DNA from: Gemmatimonadales bacterium | Lineage (GTDB): Bacteria > Gemmatimonadota > Gemmatimonadetes > Gemmatimonadales > GWC2-71-9 | DNA: 64,000 bases | Assembly (NCBI GenBank): GCA_036262935.1 | Contig: DATAHW010000025.1 | Location: 17,094-81,093 of the forward strand | Reading direction: 5' to 3' | Part shown: piece by piece, positions 44,858-53,791 of the stretch | How the letters are laid out: every line of letters begins with the position of its first letter | Position numbering within the stretch: the first letter of the stretch is position 1 | Notes under the pieces: generated by a model | The model's database searches: none | The model's input: only the letters and a program-made list of their open reading frames with translations | What the model was told of the DNA's origin: nothing | Position numbers and translations under genes: made by a program

Positions 44858-45946
44858 ATGCGGGGCCTCCCCCATGCCATTCTCGCCGCCGCCGCGCTCG
44901 TACCGGCGGCGTGCGGCAAACCGCGGCCGCCGACGCCGATCGTAACTCTGGAGCGCGCCACCGACACGGTGGCCGCGACCTTCGGCGAGGTTACGGCAGG
45001 CGTCTGGCTGGCCGGCGAACGCTGGGCGGTGCTGGCCCCCGCCACCGAGCAGGTCGCGATCGTCGATTTTTCGGCGCACACGGCCACTCCGCTCGGCGGC
45101 CAGTCCACCCGGGAGCTCCGCAGCCCGGCAACGCTTTTCCGGGCCGCCGACACCTTGTACGTCGGCGACTGGGGGCTGCGGCGGACCTCCCGCTGGACCT
45201 TTGATGGGCGATTCACGGGCGCGGTGCCGGCCTCGGACGCGGTGCGCGGCGTGCTGCCCCGGGCCGCGGACCGGGCCGGGAGGTTCTATCTGGAAATGGC
45301 GCCGCGACCGGGCGCCGAGGGTCTGGGGAACCGCGACTCGTCGGCGGTCGTCAGAACGGGCCGGGACTTCGTTCCAGTCGACACGATCGCGCGGCTCGCG
45401 CCGCTGGACGTTGCCGAGGTGGTGGGCGCCGCCGGGCGCCACTTCGAGCAGCGAGTATTCAGCGGCGCCGACCAGTGGGGAGCGCTGCCGGATGGCTCCG
45501 TCTGGGTCGCGCGGGTGTACGAGAACCGCGTCGACTGGCGGGATCCGGCCGGCCGGTGGACCAGGGGCGACCCCCTGCCGGACCGAGTGCTCGAGGTGAC
45601 GCGCTACGACCGGGAGCTGTTCCTCCGCCGCTTCCCGAAAGAGTTGCGGGCTACCGCGCAGCAGCTCCCTTTCGCGGCGGTCAAGCCGCCGTTCGAGGCC
45701 GGCTTCACCAGCCCTTCCGGCGACGTCTGGCTGGAGAAGAGCCGCGCCCCGTCGGACTCGAGCCGCGAGTACCACGTGGTCGACCGCCTCGGGCACATGC
45801 GCGCGAATATCCGCCTTCCGGGCCGCGGCCACGTCATCGCCGTCGGTCGCGATGCCGTCCTGGTGTACGACGTCTCGGGCGCCGGCGCCCGACTGCTCCG
45901 TTTCGTCGTTCCCGCGTTCCGTCCGTCAGCTACCCCGAAGGAGTGA
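44858..45946 (+). CDS. Lipoprotein, hypothetical (paralog A)
   Basis: MRGLPHAILAAAALVPAAC has a lipobox. Shares ENRVDWRDPAGRWTRG and the C-terminal pattern with the next gene. Confidence 0.65.
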   Translation: MRGLPHAILAAAALVPAACGKPRPPTPIVTLERATDTVAATFGEVTAGVWLAGERWAVLAPATEQVAIVDFSAHTATPLGGQSTRELRSPATLFRAADTLYVGDWGLRRTSRWTFDGRFTGAVPASDAVRGVLPRAADRAGRFYLEMAPRPGAEGLGNRDSSAVVRTGRDFVPVDTIARLAPLDVAEVVGAAGRHFEQRVFSGADQWGALPDGSVWVARVYENRVDWRDPAGRWTRGDPLPDRVLEVTRYDRELFLRRFPKELRATAQQLPFAAVKPPFEAGFTSPSGDVWLEKSRAPSDSSREYHVVDRLGHMRANIRLPGRGHVIAVGRDAVLVYDVSGAGARLLRFVVPAFRPSATPKE

Positions 45947-45950
45947 CCGC

Positions 45951-47054
45951 ATGAAGTTGGCTCCAACCGCATTCGCCCTGTCACTGCTCGCGCTCGGCTG
46001 CACCCGTGCCGAAAGCCAGGGCGGTCTCACCCTCGAGAAGAAGCTCCCAGCTACATTCGCCCAGCTCAGCAACGTCGTCGAACTGGGTAATGGCCGGGTG
46101 GCGTTCGCGGACACCAAGGCAAAGCTGTTCTTCACCGCCGACCTGGACACCGGGAAGCTGGACACCCTGGGCACCCACGTCGACTCGCTGCCGGCGAATG
46201 CGCCGGCAGAGCAGTACAAGTTCCCCGGCTGGGTGGCGCACCTGGGAGCCGATACGGTTGCCCTCGTGGACTTCAGCGGGCTCCGGACCACGCTGTGGAA
46301 CGAGGCGGGCAAGCCGCTGGGGGTGCTGCCGATCGCCAGCGTCTCGGGGAGCACGCCGGTCCTGGTGTACGACACGGTCGGATACGGATACAAGGTGGAC
46401 TACCAGGCGGTAATCGGTGGCGGCGAGCCGGGCCGGGTGCTCAGGCCGGACAGCATCCCCGTGCTCCGAATCGGCCTCAGGAGCGGGAAGGTGGACACCG
46501 TGGCCAATCTGGCGTCGCCGGAGTATGGCGACGCCATGTTCGGAGAGCAGACGCAGCAGGCCGCGAAGGTCTTCGCGCCGAATGACTTTTTCGGCGTGCT
46601 GCCGAACGGCACGGCGTGGCTGGCGCGGGGGCATGAGAACCGGGTGGACTGGCGCGCGACCGACGGCACCTGGACTCGTGGCAAGTCGCACGAATATGAG
46701 AAGCTGCAGGTGACCCAGGCCGACCGGGATCGGGTGCTGGCGCAGGTCCGTGAGCGGGGCAAGGCGTTCGGGATGCCGCAGGACCTGCAGGTGCGCTATC
46801 CCTTCGCCGACACCAAGGCTCCGTTCGACTTCGCCCTCGGCCGGCCGAACGGCGAGGTGTGGCTGCAGCGCCCGCGCATCCAGGAGGATGCGCCGCTCAC
46901 CTATGACGTCTTCAACCGGAAGGGAAGCTGGCAACGCAGCATCGAGTTCCCCAGGGGAGCGTCGCTCGCCGGCTTCGGCGAAAAGGGCGCGATCTACGCC
47001 TCCGTCAAGGACGCCGGCGGGGAGCGGACGGTGGCGAGGTTCAGGCTGCGGTGA
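45951..47054 (+). CDS. Lipoprotein, hypothetical (paralog B)
   Basis: GAAGGAG precedes the ATG. MKLAPTAFALSLLALGC has a lipobox. ENRVDWRATDGTWTRG and GEVWLQRPR parallel paralog A. Confidence 0.7.
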   Translation: MKLAPTAFALSLLALGCTRAESQGGLTLEKKLPATFAQLSNVVELGNGRVAFADTKAKLFFTADLDTGKLDTLGTHVDSLPANAPAEQYKFPGWVAHLGADTVALVDFSGLRTTLWNEAGKPLGVLPIASVSGSTPVLVYDTVGYGYKVDYQAVIGGGEPGRVLRPDSIPVLRIGLRSGKVDTVANLASPEYGDAMFGEQTQQAAKVFAPNDFFGVLPNGTAWLARGHENRVDWRATDGTWTRGKSHEYEKLQVTQADRDRVLAQVRERGKAFGMPQDLQVRYPFADTKAPFDFALGRPNGEVWLQRPRIQEDAPLTYDVFNRKGSWQRSIEFPRGASLAGFGEKGAIYASVKDAGGERTVARFRLR

Positions 47055-47061
47055 GCGCGGT

Positions 47062-47787
47062 CTAGTCCAGTATCGGCGGCTCGTCGCCCGGGGGGATATT
47101 GGGGCCCTGCCGGTCGGTGCGGCGGCGGTCGCGGCGGCGTCCCTCCTCGTACCAGCGGCGGGTAATCTCGCCGGCCAGTTCGCGGTTGCCGAGGCCGAAG
47201 GCGAGCCCAACCGCCAGCGCGACGGCGCCCAGGGTGAGGGTGAACGCGGCGGTCACGATCTCCTCGGCCACGCCCACCTGCTGCAGCGCCATGAAGATCG
47301 CGATCACCACCACGGCGCCCTTGGCCAGCTTGGCCACTGTCGGCACGCCGGACACCGTGCCGGCCGAGGCGAGGATGAGGCCGCGCACGAACTCGCCGAG
47401 AATCATCCCGAGGATGACGATCACGATGGCCGCGATGAGCGTCGGGATGAAGGCCAGCATGGTGCCGAACATCTGGTTGACGCTCTCCAGCCCGAGCGCC
47501 GTGCTCGCGAGCAGGATCACCACCAGCATGACCAGCCAGAAGATCAGCTTGCCGAGCGCGCGGACCGGGTCGAGCCGGGATCCGGTGCGCACGACCACCT
47601 CATCCAGGCCGCCCGCGGCGGCCATGCGGTTGAAGTCGAGTCGCTTGAGCGTGTCGTCCGCCCAGCGCTGAATCTGGCGGGCCAGGAAGTAGCCAGTCAG
47701 CAGGATCACCCCAGCCCCCAGCAGAGCCGGCACCACGGTCCCGATCTGTTCGGCGCCGGCCTGGAGCCGGTCCCAGAGTTCGTTCAC
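47062..47787 (-). CDS. Membrane protein with conserved-TM-helix repeats (MscS-associated type)
   Basis: VNELWDRLQAGAEQIGTVVPALLGAGVILLTGYFLAR and repeated hydrophobic helices. The GTG start overlaps the upstream stop (GTGA). Confidence 0.65.
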   Translation of the reverse strand: MNELWDRLQAGAEQIGTVVPALLGAGVILLTGYFLARQIQRWADDTLKRLDFNRMAAAGGLDEVVVRTGSRLDPVRALGKLIFWLVMLVVILLASTALGLESVNQMFGTMLAFIPTLIAAIVIVILGMILGEFVRGLILASAGTVSGVPTVAKLAKGAVVVIAIFMALQQVGVAEEIVTAAFTLTLGAVALAVGLAFGLGNRELAGEITRRWYEEGRRRDRRRTDRQGPNIPPGDEPPILD

Positions 47788-48821
47788 GTCGCCACCTCGA
47801 TCACGAGTTTCCCAAGTTGCTCGCCGCGCCTCAGACGGGCGAGCGCGGCGGGGCCATCGGCGAACGGGACCACCTGGTCCACCACCGGCCACAGGCGCCC
47901 CTGATGCGCTAGCCGCACGATCTCGGCGTACTCGCGGCGGCTTCCGAGCGTCGAACCGAGCAGGCTCCACTGACGCCAGAAGAGCCGGCGCAGGTCGAGC
48001 GCGACCGCCGGACCCGTCGTCGCACCGCACACCGTGAGGCGCCCGCCGCGGCGAAGCGCCCGGAGCGACTCCTGCCAGCGCGCCTCGCCGATGCTGTCCA
48101 CCACGACGTCAGCGCCGAGGCCGCCCGTCAGCCGGCGAACTTCGGCCACCACATCCGCGCTGGCGTGATTGATCGTCTCGGCCGCGCCCCGGCTTCGCGC
48201 GACCTCGAGCTTGGCATCGGAGGCACTGGTGACGATCGCGCGGGCGCCCAGGAGGTGCGCCACCTGAAGCGCCGCCATCGAGACGCCGCCACCGATTCCC
48301 CAGATCAGCACCGTCTCACCGGCCTGAAGCGCCGACCGGGTGGTCAGCATCCGCCAGGCCGTGAGCGTGGCCAGCGAGAACGCCGCCGCTTCGGCCCAGG
48401 GCATTCCGGTCGGCACGAGGGCCAGGTTTTCGGCGGGCAGGACCACGTAGTCCGCGGCGGTGCCCGATCGGTGCTCGCCCAGGACGCGGAATGATCCGCA
48501 GAGCGACTCCTCGCCGGCCAGACACTCGGCGCACCGTCCGCAGGAGAGACCCGGATTCCACATCACCCGGTCGCCGAGCCGGACCTGCCAGACCCCCGAT
48601 CCGACCGCGTCCACAATGCCCGCGCCATCCGCGCCGACGATATGCGGGAAGGTGAGCGCCACGCCGGGCAGGCCGTCCGCGACGAAGAGATCGAGACGGT
48701 TGAGCGCCGCCGCATGGACCCGCACCCGCACGTCATGCGGAGTCGAGAGCTCCGGCCGCGGCAGCTCGTGCACCGCCAGATGCTCCAGCCCGCCGACCGC
48801 GTCGAGCGCGAGGGCTCTCAC
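47784..48821 (-). CDS. Zn-dependent alcohol dehydrogenase/quinone oxidoreductase (MDR family)
   Basis: GADGAGIVDAVG, structural-Zn motif CGRCAECLAGEESLC, and the GIGGGVS nucleotide motif. Confidence 0.9.
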   Translation of the reverse strand: MRALALDAVGGLEHLAVHELPRPELSTPHDVRVRVHAAALNRLDLFVADGLPGVALTFPHIVGADGAGIVDAVGSGVWQVRLGDRVMWNPGLSCGRCAECLAGEESLCGSFRVLGEHRSGTAADYVVLPAENLALVPTGMPWAEAAAFSLATLTAWRMLTTRSALQAGETVLIWGIGGGVSMAALQVAHLLGARAIVTSASDAKLEVARSRGAAETINHASADVVAEVRRLTGGLGADVVVDSIGEARWQESLRALRRGGRLTVCGATTGPAVALDLRRLFWRQWSLLGSTLGSRREYAEIVRLAHQGRLWPVVDQVVPFADGPAALARLRRGEQLGKLVIEVAT

Positions 48822-48834
48822 CGATCGAGCGCGC

Positions 48835-51024
48835 TCAGAAGGAAGGGCTCATCACCTGCTCGCCCGGCCGGAGCGGAACGAGCAGCGGCGGGCTGCCCGC
48901 GGCCAGCGCCTGGATGCGGAGCGTGAGACTGGATTTGCCCTTGCCGGCGTCGGCGAGCTTGCCGGCCACGTACGCGATGCGCTCGCCGTCGTGCGACACG
49001 TCGAAGGCGACGACCGGCTGGTCGATTCGCAGCAGCGGCATCGCCGAGTCGCTGCCGGCCGGCAGGCGCATGACACGCGCGCTGCCACCCTTGTCCACGA
49101 CGAACAGCAGATCGCCATTGGGCAGGTAGCGAGGGCTGCCCTCCCGATCCGGTGTCCGGGTGAGGCGTCGGGCCTCGCCACCGGCGATGGCCACCTCGTA
49201 GAGTTCCGGATTGCCGTCGCGGGTCGATATGAACGCAATCCGCTTTCCGTCAGGCGACACAGCGGGCGCCCGGTTCCCCCCGGCGGAGCTGGTGAGGGAC
49301 ACCTGATCCGTGCCGTCGGGGCGGATGCTGGCGAGTTGCGGGGTGCCGGTCTCGGTGGTGGTGACGAAGATGATGCGCCGCCCATCGGGCGTCCACGCCG
49401 GCTCACCTTCGGTCCCGGGATCGGCCGTGATCCGGCGCGGATTCACGCCGTCGGCATCCATCACATAGAGGTCGTAGCTGCCGCCGCGGCTCGAGCTGAA
49501 CGCGATCCTGGTGCGGTCGGGTGAGCGGACCCCCTGCACGTTGCCGCCGCCGTCCACCAGCACCGGCAGCAGGGCGTCGGGGGCATCGGATCGGAGCTGA
49601 TACAGTCCGAAGGAGCCGCCGCGATCGGATGCTACGAGCAGGTCCGCAGTCACGTAAATGTCGGCAGTCGCCGCGGTGCCCCACGGTACCGTGGCCGACA
49701 CGATCGCGTGCCCGGGACCTACAGCGCGCACCTCGCCCGCCGCCACGGCCGCGACCTCGGGCCGGTTGCTGGTCCACTCCACGCCGGCCGCCGGCCCGAT
49801 GGTCCTGCCGCCGTCCCCGGTGAGCTGCGCCTGGAGCGTGGTCCGGTCGCCCAGACCGAGGGCGAGCCGCTGCCGGTCCAGGCTCAGCAGGCCGGGCACC
49901 ACCTGGACGTGCCAGACCACGGGCTCGAAGCCCCGGAGCCGCGCGGTGAGCGTTGTGGTACCCGTGTCGCGCGCCGTCAGGATGCCGGCGGCGGGGTCGA
50001 ACCCGGCATGGACCGAGTCACCCAGCTCCCAAGCGATCCGCGCCTCCGGGATAGGCGTCGAGTCGGCCGCTTCGGCGACCGCGCTGAACTGCCGTGTCCC
50101 CTTGACCGGCACTTGGATTGCGCCGACCACCGGCTTGGGGGACACGACCAGCGTCTGCGGAAGCCGGTGGACCTTCACCGTCGCGCTCCGCTCCTGTCCG
50201 AAACCCAGGACCACAATTTCGGTGCGGCCCGGGCCGCGCGCCTGCACCACGCCCGTGGGGCCGACAGCGGCCACAGCGGTGTCGGCCGAGCGCCACTGCA
50301 GCCCGGAGGTGAGTTCCCGGTTGTTCTGCGCGGGCACACGCACGTGCAGCGTGTCTGCCTCCTCCGGCGCGAGCACCGCGCCTGAAGCGGTGAGCTCGAT
50401 CGCCGCCGGCTCCACGGCCACCGGGGCGGTGGCCATGAGGCCGGCCGTGGTCATCGCCTGCACAATGCTCCTGCCCGGGGCCACTCCCAGCACGACGCCA
50501 TCGGAATCCACGGTCGCGACCTCGGGCTTGAGCGACTTCCAGGTCACATGCCCGAGCGTCGGCGAGACGCTGTCGTCGCTCAGGGCCTGGGGCGTCAGGC
50601 GGATGCTTTCGCCCGGCAGCAGGAGCGCGGTGGCGGGATCGAGGGTCAATAGCGTGCCGGCGTCCGACCCCCCGGGCTGGGGAGCGGTGGTGCCCGTGAT
50701 CAGCACGGCGACCGACGCCCGCCTCCCCTGCAGCCGCGCCTCGACCTTGGCCAGACCCGGCGCGACCCCCTGCACCGCACCCTCACGGGAGACGCGGGCG
50801 ATCGTGGTATCGGAGCTCCGGAAAGCAAACCGGGCGGACGCGATCAGGTTTCCGTGCTTGTCGTAGGCCGCGGCGAAGATCGGCTGCCGCTCGCCGACTG
50901 CCAGCGTCATCGTCTCGGGAGTGACCTGGACTTCGAGGGCGCTCTGCGCGACCGCCGCTCCGGGAATGCCCAGGGCAGCGGCACAGGCCAGTGCGGCAGC
51001 CGGCCACACCCGTGGCCGCGGCAC
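48835..51024 (-). CDS. Secreted multi-Big_2 (Ig-like) + TolB-like beta-propeller protein
   Basis: About five Ig-like repeats (VTPETMTLAVGERQ, LTPQALSDD...). C-terminal PD40 repeats (SPDRTRIAFSS, TPDGRRIIFV, SPDGKRIAFIS). The signal peptide PRPRVWPAAALACAAALGIPGAAVAQS favours GTG 51024. The track ORF runs to 51174. Confidence 0.8.
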   Translation of the reverse strand: MPRPRVWPAAALACAAALGIPGAAVAQSALEVQVTPETMTLAVGERQPIFAAAYDKHGNLIASARFAFRSSDTTIARVSREGAVQGVAPGLAKVEARLQGRRASVAVLITGTTAPQPGGSDAGTLLTLDPATALLLPGESIRLTPQALSDDSVSPTLGHVTWKSLKPEVATVDSDGVVLGVAPGRSIVQAMTTAGLMATAPVAVEPAAIELTASGAVLAPEEADTLHVRVPAQNNRELTSGLQWRSADTAVAAVGPTGVVQARGPGRTEIVVLGFGQERSATVKVHRLPQTLVVSPKPVVGAIQVPVKGTRQFSAVAEAADSTPIPEARIAWELGDSVHAGFDPAAGILTARDTGTTTLTARLRGFEPVVWHVQVVPGLLSLDRQRLALGLGDRTTLQAQLTGDGGRTIGPAAGVEWTSNRPEVAAVAAGEVRAVGPGHAIVSATVPWGTAATADIYVTADLLVASDRGGSFGLYQLRSDAPDALLPVLVDGGGNVQGVRSPDRTRIAFSSSRGGSYDLYVMDADGVNPRRITADPGTEGEPAWTPDGRRIIFVTTTETGTPQLASIRPDGTDQVSLTSSAGGNRAPAVSPDGKRIAFISTRDGNPELYEVAIAGGEARRLTRTPDREGSPRYLPNGDLLFVVDKGGSARVMRLPAGSDSAMPLLRIDQPVVAFDVSHDGERIAYVAGKLADAGKGKSSLTLRIQALAAGSPPLLVPLRPGEQVMSPSF

Positions 51025-51291
51025 GATGCGGTCCGCTTCGAGTCGGGGAGATATCACCGGCAGTTGTGTCCAGAGAGTGGGGGTGTGCCGCAAGCTAAGT
51101 ATAGCGCACGCCCCGCGCGGTCGCATGGCGACGCGAGGCCCTGGCTGAGCCCGGTCTGCCAGCGTCAGGTGCAAGCCCTTGTGTCACAGTGAGTTGAAGA
51201 ATGAGCTACCGCCCTATTCGACCCGGGGTCCAATGGCCGCAGGCCGACGACCTCCAGCCGCCGTTCGACGGCGAGCGCATGACGTCCGAGC

Positions 51292-51318
51292 CTTGCACAA
51301 GCCCTGAAGATGTGCAAG
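51292..51318. promoter_or_regulatory. Perfect 8-bp inverted repeat CTTGCACA-N11-TGTGCAAG
   Basis: Lies about 80 nt upstream of the H1-like gene and is followed by TTATATC, in a lower-GC intergenic region. Confidence 0.3.
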
Positions 51319-51400
51319 TTATATCTGAATCGTGGACCGGCACCTGCGCGCCACGCCAACGGGAGCCGGTTGCGGGTCACTTTCCATCGGAGGGAGCGAA

Positions 51401-51823
51401 ATGGCCGAGCTTCATTATATGGAGATGGGCTGGTCCGGGTCCGGCTGGATGGATCCCCTGCCGATCGAGTATCCTCCCGCCCCGTCCGCACCCCCGGTCG
51501 CCCCGTCGCCCGGGGAATCGACGTCCCCGCGGAGCAGCGAATCCGCTGCCAGGCCTCAGCGGGACACCTCGCGTTCCTCCGAACGGACATCGCCCAGGAA
51601 GTCGGCCAAGAAGGCGCCCAAGAAGTCGACGAAGAAAGCAGCCCGGAAGACAGCCAAGAAGCCCACGAAGAAGGCTCCGGCGAAGAAGGCCGCCCGGAAG
51701 ACCGCCAAGCGGCCCGCCAAGGGTGCAAAGAAGATGGCGAAGAAGGCGGCGAAGAAGTCACCCAGAAAAAGCGCGAGGAAGGCCTCCCGGAAAGCCACGA
51801 AGCGAGGCGGACGGAGCCGCTGA
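51401..51823 (+). CDS. Histone H1-like Lys/Ala-rich basic protein
   Basis: GGAGGGAG precedes the ATG. The C-terminal half is KSAKKAPKKSTKKAARKTAKKPTKKAPAKKAARKTAKRPAKGAKKMAKKAAKK. The N-terminus is acidic and Pro-rich. Confidence 0.7.
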   Translation: MAELHYMEMGWSGSGWMDPLPIEYPPAPSAPPVAPSPGESTSPRSSESAARPQRDTSRSSERTSPRKSAKKAPKKSTKKAARKTAKKPTKKAPAKKAARKTAKRPAKGAKKMAKKAAKKSPRKSARKASRKATKRGGRSR

Positions 51824-51851
51824 GCGGACGCGGGCCGACAGCAGCTCCAGC

Positions 51852-53705
51852 CTAGCCGGCGGGTCTGGTTCGAGCCAGGGCGGCGGCGCAGTTGATCAGC
51901 GCGATGTGGGTGAACGCCTGGGGGAAGTTACCCAGGAATTCGCCGGACACCGGGTCGATCTCCTCGGAGTAGAGCCCGACGTGGTTGGCGTGGCGCAACA
52001 TCCGGCGGAACACCCGCTCAGCCCGCTCGCGCTCACCGATCATCGTCAGCGCCTGTGCCAGCCAGAACGTACAGATCGAGAACGCCCCCTCGTCCCCTTC
52101 CAGGCCGTCCGGGTGCCGATAGCGGTAGACGAGTTCCCCATCCGCGCTGGTGAGCTCGCGGGCCACGGCGCGGACGGTGGCGTGCACCCGGGGGTGGTTC
52201 CAGGGGAGGAAGCGGACCATGGGAATGGCGAGGGCCGCGGCGTCGAGCGCGTCATCATCGTAGGCCTGGGTAAACGACTGGTGCCGCTCGCTCCAGCCTC
52301 GCTCCATGATCTCCGCATGGAGCGCGTCGCGCTCGGCCCGCCAGTCGCCGCCGTTGGACTCCAGCGCGAGTTCGTCCGCCATCCGGATCCCGCGGTCGAG
52401 CGCCACCCAGCTCATCACCTTGCTGAAGACGTAGTGGCGGACCTCTCCTCGTACCTCCCAGATGCTCGAGTCGGGAAGGTGCCAGTTCTTGCTGACCCAA
52501 TCCACCAGGCCCCGCAGCACCCGCCAGGTACCCTCGGTCATCTCGTGGTTGCGCCGCCAGATGTCGGCGGTTTCGAGCACCTCGCCGTAAACGTCGAGCT
52601 GCAACTGCCCGACCGCGCCGTTACCCACGCGCACCGGCCGTGAGCCGCGATAGCCGGACAGGTGATCGAGCTGACGCTCGACGAGGTCGCGCCGGCCATC
52701 GATGCCGTACATGATCTGCAGGTGACCGCCGCCCTCGTGCCGGGAGATCTTCTTGAGGAAGCGCATGAAGGCGTCGGCCTCGCGCCGGTGCCCCACCGCG
52801 TCCAAAGCGGCCAGCGTGAATGCGGCATCGCGCAGCCAGACGAAGCGGTAGTCCCAGTTCCGCATCCCCCCGATCGTCTCCGGCAGTGACGTGGTCGGCG
52901 CGGCGATGATCGCGCCGGTCTCGGCGTGGGTGAGCAGCTTGAGCACGAGCGCCGAGCGCTTGACCATCCCGCGGAACGGTCCGGTGTAGCGCACGCCGGC
53001 GGCCCAGCGCGCCCAGAACGCGGCGGTGATGTCGAGCTTGCGGGCGCTCTCGTAGCGGTCCACCGGGTGGATATCGTCGTCATCGTACCGCAGCACCATC
53101 CAGCGGGCCTCGCCCTTCTCGAGGGTGAACGCCGCCGTGGCGGTGGACTGCTCGACCACCCACTCGAACGGCACCGCGCTGGACAGCGTCAGCACCTGAT
53201 CGGTCCGATCGGTCGCGAAGAGGCCCGCGCGGAGCGACTCGAGCCGGGTAGTCCGCGCCCCGTACTCGAAGCGCGGCATGAAGGTCATCTGCATCGGCAC
53301 CTGACCGCGGGTGCAGCGCAGGTGCCGGTGGATCTCGGGGTGCGGACCGGACGGTCGCCCGTCCTCGTCGACCGGCATGAAGTCGGTGACGACGACCACG
53401 CCCTTCGGCGCGCGGAACGTCGTCTCGAGGATATTGGTCCGGGGGAGGTAGCGCTGAGTGGAGGTCCACTCGCCGCGGGGGCGGACGGACCAGGTGCCGC
53501 CGCGCTCGGGATCGAGCAGCGCGGCGAAGACGCTGCCGCTGTCGAACTGGGGGAGACAGCACCAGTCGATCGCGCCGTCGAGGCCGATCAGGGCGGCGGT
53601 GCGCATGTCTCCGATCAGGCCGTAATCGGAGATCGGCTGGGGCCGGGGCGGGGCGAGGCGGGCCTCGGCCGCATCCGAGGGCGATCCGATGCTGACGTCC
53701 GTCAT
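51852..53705 (-). CDS. Glycoside hydrolase family 15 (glucoamylase/trehalase-like)
   Basis: ISDYGLIGDMRTAALIGLDGAIDWCCLPQFDS ... NWDYRFVWLRDAAFT ... LYSEEID are typical GH15 motifs. Confidence 0.9.
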   Translation of the reverse strand: MTDVSIGSPSDAAEARLAPPRPQPISDYGLIGDMRTAALIGLDGAIDWCCLPQFDSGSVFAALLDPERGGTWSVRPRGEWTSTQRYLPRTNILETTFRAPKGVVVVTDFMPVDEDGRPSGPHPEIHRHLRCTRGQVPMQMTFMPRFEYGARTTRLESLRAGLFATDRTDQVLTLSSAVPFEWVVEQSTATAAFTLEKGEARWMVLRYDDDDIHPVDRYESARKLDITAAFWARWAAGVRYTGPFRGMVKRSALVLKLLTHAETGAIIAAPTTSLPETIGGMRNWDYRFVWLRDAAFTLAALDAVGHRREADAFMRFLKKISRHEGGGHLQIMYGIDGRRDLVERQLDHLSGYRGSRPVRVGNGAVGQLQLDVYGEVLETADIWRRNHEMTEGTWRVLRGLVDWVSKNWHLPDSSIWEVRGEVRHYVFSKVMSWVALDRGIRMADELALESNGGDWRAERDALHAEIMERGWSERHQSFTQAYDDDALDAAALAIPMVRFLPWNHPRVHATVRAVARELTSADGELVYRYRHPDGLEGDEGAFSICTFWLAQALTMIGERERAERVFRRMLRHANHVGLYSEEIDPVSGEFLGNFPQAFTHIALINCAAALARTRPAG

Positions 53706-53791
53706 CGCCCAAGTATAATGCGGCCTCACGCGGATCTTGCACGGGCCGGGTCGCCGCCCCACCTTGCTACACCCTCTCAACCCGCCCTCAC

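Noticed and set aside
51556-51798. 80-aa highly hydrophobic Phe/Ala-rich minus-strand ORF.
   Set aside because: It is a mirror-image artefact of the AAG/GCC-rich coding repeat of the H1-like tail on the + strand.
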